This document shows, piece by piece, positions 51,389 to 64,000 of a stretch of 64,000 nucleotides of DNA (position 1 is the first letter of the stretch; every line of letters begins with the position of its first letter). The position numbers were made by a program, and so were the translations under genes. The notes beneath the pieces were generated by a model. That model saw only the letters and a list, made by a program, of their open reading frames with translations. It ran no database searches and was not told the DNA's origin. Origin of the DNA: the human T2T-CHM13v2.0 reference genome, Homo sapiens; assembly GCF_009914755.1 (NCBI RefSeq), contig NC_060931.1; one strand, 5' to 3'.

Positions 51389-52158
51389 TGTAACTGCATG
51401 ACCAGTTCTTCTTGCCTGTTGCAGAGATGGAGCCAATTTGCTGAAACAGCAGTGTTACAGTAGAGAAAGAGTTTAATAATCACAGGGCCAGCAAAGTGTG
51501 GGAAGTATGGGAGTATGGGAGTTTGGAAGTATGGGAGACATTTCTCAAGTCAGCCTCCCAAACAGCTTGGAGTTTAGTGATTTAAAGAGTAATTTGGCAG
51601 GCTGAGGGAGAGGGATTTGGTGCTGCTGATTGGTTGGGGATGAAATCTTAGCAGTGTCCAAATTATCTTAGTACTCTGAGTGAGTTTCTGGGTGGGGGGT
51701 CTCAGGACTGGTTGTATTACTTCCTTCATATGACTCATGGGTCTGGGTAGAGTTAAGTCATTCGCCAGAATGTCAAAGTCTGAAAAATATTTCAAAGACC
51801 AATCTTAGGAGGTTTTGACGATAGTGATGTTATCTATAGGAGCACTTAGGAAGTCACACGTCTTTTGACTTCTGAAATAGTAAATCCTTATAGAAAGGTA
51901 AGCAAGGGAACTATGCTGGTTATCATTTCATTAAGCCATATCTTAGCAGAATTCAAGTCCCTTCTCTAATGCTAATATTGTATTCTTTCATTACTCTTAA
52001 AAGGCAGTTTTGATCCCTGAGCAAGGAGGGCTCTTGGAAGGGACTGTAAAGTTAAAGAAGTCAGTTAGCTTGTGAAATTAGAAACAAGATGGAGTCAGTT
52101 AGGTTAGATTTCACTCACCAATAATTTTTCTGTCATATTTCTCTCAAAAGTAGTTTCC
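51389..52158 (-). mobile_element. Solo LTR, LTR8 family (LTR8B-like)
   Basis: TGTAACTGC...gttcttcttgcctg...gagtttaata...tcagcctccc...gctgattggttgggg...aagatggagtcagttaggttagattt; collinear with the LTR at 15672-16376. Confidence 0.8.
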
Positions 52159-52199
52159 TTAATAATGTAAAAACACATACAAAGAAACTAGAAAGAAGA

Positions 52200-52310
52200 A
52201 TGCTACTTAATAGTTGCTTCTTCTGGGTGATGATATCATGCAGTTTTTTTTTCCGTCTTATATTTTTCTGTACTTCCCCAATTTTCTACAGTGATAACAT
52301 ATTATGTTTT
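52200..52310 (+). mobile_element. Old L1M(C/E) 3'-terminal fragment (target of the L1PA insertion)
   Basis: ttaatagttgcttcttctgggtga...tttttctgtacttccccaattttctacagtga. Confidence 0.6.
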
Positions 52311-52490
52311 ATTTATTTATTTTTGTCTTTACATAGGACCATTTAATGCCTTCTTTACTAGAAAAGTTGTTGATGGTAATCTAGCTCATATACTTTACCT
52401 GGGAGTTGGGACTTGCAAAATGGCTTAATTTGGTAGTTTCCAAACCTTGTTAAAAAGCTTAAAAAGTCCCAAATTCTTATAAAAAGCTCA

Positions 52491-55515
<3,025 letters not shown>

Positions 55516-55724
55516 CATATTATTTTTTAAAGTTCTTATTTAAGATGTTTATTAAATAAATACTGTAGCAGTAACAGGGAACAAATAATTATTAAAAAGA
55601 ACTCCTAATCTTACCTGAATCTTTATAAAATCTATTTGATAATCTTTAGGCTGATTATATTCTGAGGCTCAGTTGCCATGAGTTCTTCACTTTTCAATGA
55701 TCATTGACTAGTTACCTTTGCATA

Positions 55725-55880
55725 AAATTATTATGTTTACTGGTTTGTTTTAAAGGATATTAACAAGGGTACAGATGAAGAGATGTGTATTGTAAGGTAT
55801 AGGGAGGGGTATGGAGCTTCCATTTCCTCCCAGGGCATGCCATCCTTCAGGAACCTCTGCATGTTCAGCTATCTAGAATC
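55725..55880. mobile_element. MER21-like LTR fragment
   Basis: tttactggttt...aaaggatatt...tacagatgaagagatg...ggagcttccat...ttcaggaacctctgcatgttcagctatc. Confidence 0.65.
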
Positions 55881-56563
55881 TTCTTAAAAATTTTAAACTT
55901 TTATATTGATAAAAGATATATTTAAATATATGTTGGCGGCTGCAGGGAAAAATATGCATTTCTTTACTTATTAAAAGGAAATGAACAGCCCAGAAAATAT
56001 AAACTTATTGGACATATCACTGATCCAAAATTTGGCAAGCCTTTCTTCACATTATATATTCCAACACAGATTGTTACTTCACATTTACTTATTCGCCCCC
56101 CATCTCACCCTTCTCCACAAAAAAGCAAGCAAACAACCTGTGTAACTTCACAGTTGTCAATGGTTCCTTGCAATACTTCAGCTCAAAATCTTTTGTACCT
56201 CACCTACAGCTTTGTTGCAGATTTTCTTTCTGTAGTTGAGAAACACTAATGCATTGTCTATGACACTAACTTTACTTTTGCCCTCATGGACAAGGGAGAA
56301 TGTTTGAAAGAGTTTATGTGATATCTCCTTAATAGCATTCCTTACCAAATCAAGCAACAATGTAAATAGAATAAAACCTTTTTATAATGTATTTCTTGGG
56401 ATCTATTTTAGTTACCATTGTGCTATCTGGAAGCAATCATTTGGTTGATTCATTAGCATTTACCAACTATTTATTAATTGCCTAACATTCTTCAGATATC
56501 ATGTTAGGATGATGAAGACTGAAATTAAGACATGACCAATACAATCTCCCAGTTCCACTCTAC

Positions 56564-57042
56564 CAGCACTGTATAAAATAACTTTATGTTATGATGGAAG
56601 TACTCTGTGTCTGTGCTGGCTAATACAGTAGCCACTAGCCACACGTGGCTATTGAATGCTTGATATTTAGCTAGTGTGACTATGGATCTGAATTGTTAAT
56701 TGTTAATAACAGGTTTATTGGAATGTAATTCATGTACCATATAATTCACCCATTTATAGTGCACAATTCAGTGATTTTTAGTGTATTCAGAGTTGTGCAA
56801 CCATCAGTCAATTTTGGAACATTTTCATTACCCTGACAAGAAACCCAGTATTCATTAACAATCACTCCCCATCTTCCCCCAGCTTCCACTGCTTTATGCA
56901 GCCACTAGTGTTTTTTTCTGTCTTGATGGATTTGCCTATTTTAGACATTTCTTATAAATAGAATCACAATATTTGGCCTTTAGTGACTGGCTAATTTCAG
57001 TTTATTTAAATTTAATGATCACATGCGGCTAGTGGCTAATGT
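56564..57042. mobile_element. MER3 (hAT-Charlie) split by an antisense L1MB 3' fragment (about 56700-56992)
   Basis: tgatgga...gtagccactagccacacgtggctattga ... cacatgcggctagtggcta; the insert has taattcacccatt...gtgcacaattcagtg...gttgtgcaaccatc. Confidence 0.8.
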
Positions 57043-57958
57043 AAGAAGCAAGTGAAGTGAAAGACCAAAGACAGATGCTTAAGGAATGCTGAAGGCTCAG
57101 GAGAAGAAAATCCTGCAGAAAGGGTATGTGTAAAACAGAGAGCTAGGAGATGAACTTGGACAGAGCCTGAAGATAAGAGACTTTCATGGAGGAGGGAATG
57201 GTTAACAGTACCAAATAATACAGAGGGTTCAAAAAGTATAGTTCAGTGTGATAGTAAGTATCCCGATGACAGAGGTCACTAGAATGTGGTCTTGGTGGGG
57301 AAGTGAGGGCAGGTGGCGCTCTTATGTCATTATAGAAGAAGGGAACAAAGGAACATTCAAGATACCTTGAAAGGGGTGTTGGGATTGATCAAAATTCTCT
57401 TCAGTTGTTGTTAATGGTATTTTTATGGAGAACTGAGCCTATATGTAGGCAGAAGAGAAGGATTCAGTGGAAATGAAGAACTTACAGATGATTAAGCAAG
57501 TTCTGGAGGATGCAGGTGGAGGTGATCAGCCCAGGAGTAAGTCCAGTCAAGGAAAACAGTCTTTTTTCTTAAAGGGAGGAGGAAGTGAAGAAAAAGTAGG
57601 TGGAGATACAGCACAGTTTTTATGTAGAAAGGATGAAAATTCAAATAGCTAATTTACTTTGGGGAAGTAGGAATGAGGCCTTCTGAGGGTAAAATTTGGT
57701 TCCTCCAATTTCACTGTGATCATATGTGGAGAAAGAAGTGCTAAAACATCCTCCAATGGGCTAGGACTGTGGGTGGTTAGAGTGTCCATCGCTGTCCACA
57801 GGAACCTGTCACCAAAAAAGGACAGACATTTTTAGGTACATAAAGCCACATGAGGTCCAGAGAGATACTGATGTGTCCATTTTTGCCACTAAAATTAAAG
57901 AGTGCCCAAAAGATTACATTTGAGTTCTTGAAAGAAGCAATGTAGCTCCATGAGGTCA

Positions 57959-58056
57959 CTTTCCTTCCCTCTCCCAGTTCCCTCCCTCCCTCCCTCCCTC
58001 CCTCCCTCCCTTCCTTCCTTCCTTCCTTCTCCTTCCTTTGCTTCTCCCTTCTTTCT
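57959..58056. repeat. (CCCT)n/(CCTT)n polypyrimidine tract
   Basis: Read directly. Confidence 0.93.
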
Positions 58057-58329
58057 ATCTATGCTTCTTACACTTTGTAGAAACATAATGCTTTTTGCCT
58101 TATAATGCTTTTTGCCCTACAGGGAAAAAATGAAAATAAAACAAAAAAATTCTTAATTGTTCCAAACCATAATGAATAGAGTATTTTATTTTGTACATTA
58201 TAATGGATTTCCTTTATTTTTTTGAATCACTCTTTTTTGTTTTTTTGACAAATGTTGTAACAGTGGAAGAGTTAGGAAATGCTTAGAACCATCTAAATGA
58301 AACCAACTATCCAAATATAAAAGAAAAAG

Positions 58330-58614
58330 GGCCAGGCATGGTGGCTCATGCCTGTAATCCCGGCACTTTGGGAGGCTGAGGTAAGCGGATCTCGAGCCCA
58401 GGGGTTTAAGACCTGCCTGGGCAACATAGTGAGACCCCATTTCTACAAAAAGTACAAAATTAGCTGGGCATGATGCCATGCACCTGTAGTCCCAGATACA
58501 CAGGAGGCTGGGGCAGGAGGATTGCTTAAACCTGGGAGGTGGAGCAGTAAGCTGAGATCGTGCCATTGCACTCCATCCTGGGAGCCTGGGTGACAGAGAC
58601 AGACCCTGTCACCA
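58330..58614 (+). mobile_element. AluJ-like
   Basis: gagcccagggg...ctgggcaacatagtgagaccccat...ggaggattgctt J-type motifs. Confidence 0.92.
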
Positions 58615-58684
58615 AATACATACACACACACACACTCATATATACATACATACATACATAGACACATATGTGTGTGTGTGTGTG

Positions 58685-58772
<88 letters not shown>
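58615..58772. repeat. Compound microsatellite (CA)n(TACA)n(TG)8..(TG)12(TA)9(GA)n
   Basis: Read directly. Confidence 0.97.
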
Positions 58773-58868
58773 TCTATTCTGTGATGATGGAAATATTCCG
58801 TCTGTGCTGGCTAATACAATAGCCACTAGCCACATGTGGCTATTGACTGTTTGACATTTAGTTAGTGT
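58773..58868. mobile_element. MER3 fragment
   Basis: ttctgtgatgatggaaatattc...tagccactagccacatgtggctattga. Confidence 0.8.
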
Positions 58869-59056
58869 GTATATATATATTATATCTTTTGTGGAAGATA
58901 TATATGTATACATATATGAAAAAGATACAAATTAATCGATATTGAATTAATAACATTGCTTTAGAACAAGCTTTCTATATAGATATTTTAGAAATTAAAC
59001 TTTTGTGGTCTTGTCAACATATAAATAATATTTACCTGTGTATTTATTTCTTTTAG

Positions 59057-59128
59057 GCTTTTAAAACCAAGGATGGCTATATTGTAGTTGGAGCAGGAAA
59101 TAACCAGCAGTTTGCCACCGTCTGCAAG
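59057..59128 (+). CDS. SUGCT: Internal coding exon of succinyl-CoA:glutarate CoA-transferase (CaiB/BaiF, CoA-transferase family III), 24 codons [24 protein letters not shown]
   Basis: Pyrimidine tract and acceptor tatttatttcttttAG end at 59056; donor AAG|GTAATC at 59129. 72 nt open in frame 0. The peptide has the F-x-T-K-D-G-Y-I-x-V/I-G-A-G-N-x-x-Q-F pattern of family III CoA transferases and matches my recollection of human SUGCT. Confidence 0.93.
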
Positions 59129-59744
59129 GTAATCTATAATTATTGGGATTGGTCGATGATTTTGTACAAAGCCAGGGAAAGTTCAGTTTTGCCCAGGTCA
59201 CAACCAACTTAGGCCCCCTGTGTTAGCAACTAAAAGTATAGGATATTCATGCGCATAAAGGATAAGGCAGAGTCCAAATTAGCATTCTGTGTTTTTTGTG
59301 GTATTTGGCTGTATTTTAAAGTGAAGAATCGTAGTAGCTTAAATTGTCCTAAAACTTGACCTGCCTACCATTCCAAACAAAATGGGGGAATCATTTTTAG
59401 AGGGACCTTTAACACTGGTATTTTTTTCTTTTTTTCACCTCCCTCCTTCCCTTCCTGCCTTCCTTTCTTCCTTTCGTTCTCTCCCTCCTTCTCTTTTACT
59501 ATATCAGGTTAATTGGAACCATATATAGTTAAGCTACTCCCATATTTATTTTATTTACTACTGGAAATTTTAAAACTTTTTTTCAACTTAACCTTTATTT
59601 AATGAGTACCTTTCTGAAGAATTTATGTTTCAAGGTTTTAGGAATTAAGATTATATTAAATTGTTCCTTCTCAACAAGGCCTTAAAATAAAGACCTTGGA
59701 ATCATTTAAAATAATTTATTCTTAGGGATATTCTAAACTTGTAG

Positions 59745-59997
<253 letters not shown>

Positions 59998-60262
59998 TAC
60001 TAGACTTTTTTTTTCTTTACTTGATGTTTATATTAGTTATCAAGACTTTGGTGTTTTGTTTTAATTTTAGAACTTAGGTATCTGTTCATTTTTTCTGGTT
60101 TTAATCCAAGTAATAGAATTTCATTTTTATTTTTATTTTTCTTAAATATATCCAAAGGCCTTACCTGTTAAGGATTTTTTTCTTTTTTTTTTTTTGAGAG
60201 ACAATCAGCTTTTATACTAAATTTTACCATGAGCTTTCAGTGTTATTAAAGATGACTATGAG

Positions 60263-60617
<355 letters not shown>

Positions 60618-62163
60618 TTATTACTGTGCCTCTTTTGTATGAGAAGGTAGGGAGCAGAGCTAAAAACCACAGCAAAGGGATGGGAAGGACCAGGGAGAAG
60701 CTGACAAATGGAGATAGTTCTGATTGCAGGAAGGGCTGAAACATCTGAGGTGGGAAAGAGGGGAGCCTTTTAAATGGTGACTCTGAGTAAGTGTAGGGAA
60801 AATCGATTCAAACATTTGATCTGGGATCAAAGAATCTTTATTATGAAGGGTCAATGTTAAAAATATGAAACATACGGAAGCTGTTGCCTGTGAAGTCATT
60901 TGCGTACTCTAACTGCAGAGATGTATAAGCCAGTTCATTGCTATAAACGAGTACAGATTTTCTTCCTGGGCCATATGTTTTGGAGTTTTCTTTCTCCAGA
61001 AAGTCGTGGGGTTGGGGGTGGGAGGACCTGGCAGTGAAAATTACTGTTTGACATACTCTTTAGTTTTGAAAATAACTGTACTGAATTCTTTGTATTTTTG
61101 ATTCATTACTGCCGATCAAGTTAACACTTTTGAACTTCCTCATAAATATCCATAAGAACAGTTTTCAACAAAGGTTCTTATTTCAAAGCAGAATATTTGC
61201 CAGAAGTTTTAGTACTGAAATATGACTTATTGTTATGGTGTGTTATAAGACATTGCTTATAAAGGAGACTATCAGAGGGCCTTAGGAATGGCACACTTGA
61301 CCTTGATTTTCTCATATGAGAGTTAGGAATGATAATCCCTGTTATGAGCCATTAATCCAATGTCTGTAAAACTCTTTGAGATTCTCAGAAGATTTATGTG
61401 TACGGGATTCTTGAGTTATTTACATTATTAGCTAAGCATCCTGCGTGAATGCTGCAATCTGATTGACTTTTTCAAATCTTTGTAATTATGCCCTCACATG
61501 TAAACTTGTCCTAAACACCTTCTTACCTAAGAAAAATCATCTGTTCCTCCATTCTGATGCAAGGTTTTCTTCCCTTCCCAGTTATGTGTAGCGTGTGGAT
61601 GTCTTCTAAGCATTTTTTTTTACTCATATTTATTTATTACTCAGAGCCTTGTTATTCAAACTGGGCTTATAGAAGATGGGGTTCCCAGTTCTTCACAGTG
61701 AGCCCCTCAAAACTGTTCTTTCGTCAAGTACACTCCATCAGGAAAGATGGGACAACTTTAGTTCCTGGTGAGAAATGTGGCAGCACTGTCTGTGACAAAT
61801 GAATGGAATTGACTTATGCCTAGTCTCTTCCCAAAATAGAATTGATATAGTGGTTGATTGATAATTCTTGGGGAGGAGCTATATTAGTGAGCTTTCACTG
61901 TAAGGAGTTGGAGTGGGAGCAAGAATATTGGGTTCAAGTCTGAGGTTCCAGAAAATCTTGTTGTGTATAAAGTGAACCTTGTTCATAACAAGTCCTACTT
62001 AATGTTCCTTACCATGATACAGCAAAGTATGAAAGTGAGCATATGTAAGCTATTTTAAGCTGATGGATGCCACCCAAATGGGTATTCCTATATGAAATAT
62101 TGAATATTGACATCCTTTTGAAAGTAATGTAGACTGAAGGCTTCTTTTACTGGAGAGACTATA

Positions 62164-62312
62164 CATTGGTTCTCAATGTAGTATGCATAGGAATGTCCTT
62201 TAGCCCCATTCCCGAACATTTTACTTTAGTATGTCTGGGGTGAGGTAGAGGAAACTTCAGTTTTAAGAAGGACTGTAGGTGATTTTGGAGCAAGTTTTTA
62301 GACCACCTGCTC
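62164..62312. mobile_element. MER5-like MITE
   Basis: cattggttctcaa...tctggggtgagg...gtaggtgatttt...tttagaccac. Confidence 0.55.
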
Positions 62313-62329
62313 CAAAATATAATATATCC

Positions 62330-62545
62330 AAGGTATAATGTTTAAGGCCTACTGTAAGTCTTATTGGTAGGTGAACTCTGTCACGGTCCTTAATCTTTTC
62401 TAAGCATCTGTTTTCCTATGTATAAAATGAAGATTATAATACGTAATTATACTTGTATACAACTTAGGGGTTTGGAAAGTGTTAGAGAAGTGAAGCACTT
62501 AGAATAGGCCTTGCTCATGTGCACTTAATAAATGACATCTATGAA
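62330..62545 (+). mobile_element. MIR
   Basis: cttaatcttttctaagcatctgttttcctatgtataaaatgaagattataata...gcacttaataaatg. Confidence 0.7.
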
Positions 62546-63469
62546 AATTAGATATGAAGATTCTGGTTCTGAGGAGGAGAGAGTAAATACACTTTTCCCA
62601 CTTACCCCGAGCACGGTGATCATACCTGGACAGAATTGCATGAATCCATGAAGCATGTATTAAAAGACTTTGAAAAGTAAATAGTAAGAGATTTAGGGGA
62701 GAACACCTGAATTTGAAGTACCTCTAACTGGCAGTCAACTTAACCAGCTTTTCCCTCTAGTTATTCCTTCACTTGAGTATAGTTGAACCTGAAACCTGGA
62801 AGTGAGCACCAGGCAGTGCAGCAGATATCCAGGAAATGCTCTTTATTCCCGGTGCAAAGAACATGAAAAAGTGAGCTGTAATGTCAGAGAGAGTGTGGAA
62901 ATAGTTTGTTTTCCCCTCCTTTCCATTTTCTTATGCCCCAGACCCCAAGTAATCCTGTATTGGAAACAGCAGATGAGCAGGAGCCAACTCTGAGAAAGAA
63001 GAACTTTCTTCATTGCTGAGCTGTGATCCCAAAGAAAGGAGTGAATCTCCTTTCCTTTTCCCCCTCCATTCTCCTGTTGCATGGCCTCTGCCCTGGAACC
63101 ATGCTGGGGAGTGGGATAACTAAAGCAGGAGCCCCAGGCAACTGGAAAATGCTAGAGAGATTGCAGAGAGAAGATCTTGACAAAGCAATCCTTGATGTTG
63201 TTTATGAACTCTTGGGATCACCCCTTACTTGCATATGCACTAATTTGATCCTAATCAGCATACCAAAGATGATAGGAACTGAATTAGTAAATAGACAACT
63301 GCCCAGGTTGTCATATGACCATTAGGTTTGGCACTTACTAGTCAGATTCAAATAACACTGCAAAGCCTTTGAAACCTTAATCAAAATGAGAATCAAAGCC
63401 CACAGAAGGTGGGTAAGAACTGGCAGCCTGGATGTAACCAGGTCAATTGTCTGCTAAACCAGCAAGAGT

Positions 63470-64000
63470 AAAAATTCTCCTTAGAATTTAAACAAGACCC
63501 AGTGGCTCATAATATAATGTTCAAAATGTCCAGGATACAATCCATTATTACTGAGCATATGAAGAACCAGAACTTGCATGAGAACAGGCCATCAATGCCA
63601 ACGCGAAGATGACACAGATGTTGGAATTAACTTACAAAGATGTTTACATAGCTATTATAACAACGCTCTAACAAGCATCACAAACACTGTTTAATAAATG
63701 GGATATAGAAATATTTAGCAAAGAAATATAAGATATGAAGAAGAACCAAAAGGAAAATTAAAAACTTAAAAGTATAATAACCAAGAAAAAAATTACACCT
63801 CACTCGTTGAGCTCAATAGTGCAATGAAGATGACAAGGAACTTAAAGATAGATCAATAGAAATTATTCAATCTGAAGAATAGAGAGAACAAAAGATAGCT
63901 CCTTCCTACTCAAAACAAGAAATAACAGATCCTCAGGAACCTATTCAACAATAACAAAAAGTCCAATATTTATGTCATTGTAGTCCCAGAATGAGGGGAG
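63470..64000 (+). mobile_element. Old L1M 5'/ORF1 region; continues off the right edge
   Basis: agatgacacagatgttggaatta...atagctattataa...cttaaagatagatcaatagaaattattcaatctgaa...aatatttatgtcattgtagtcccagaa (ORF1 NIxVIGxPE-like). Confidence 0.75.

Overview
Primate (human-type) genomic DNA. The window is almost entirely intronic and dense in transposon relics: about 20 Alus, two L1PA elements, older L1M/L2/MIR/CR1 fragments, ERV/MaLR LTRs, MER DNA-transposon fossils and microsatellites. The only host coding sequence I can support is a 72-nt + strand exon at 59057-59128 (AG|...|GT, phase 0-0) encoding [25 protein letters not shown] recognise this as part of SUGCT (C7orf10, succinyl-CoA:glutarate CoA-transferase, CoA-transferase family III), so the window is a long SUGCT intron, one exon and the start of the next intron. 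The ORF track misses this exon; its ORFs are L1 ORF2 remnants, Alu or microsatellite read-throughs, or chance ORFs. The most informative structure is the minus-strand L1PA at about 52.3-55.5 kb. An 18-bp near-perfect duplication brackets the L1 plus about 166 bp of non-L1 DNA that has its own ATTAAA signal and A-rich tail (an apparent 3' transduction). The same element has a twin-priming 5' inversion. I see no evidence of a previously undescribed multi-gene system. Repeat subfamily names come from remembered consensus motifs, and boundaries of old elements are approximate.
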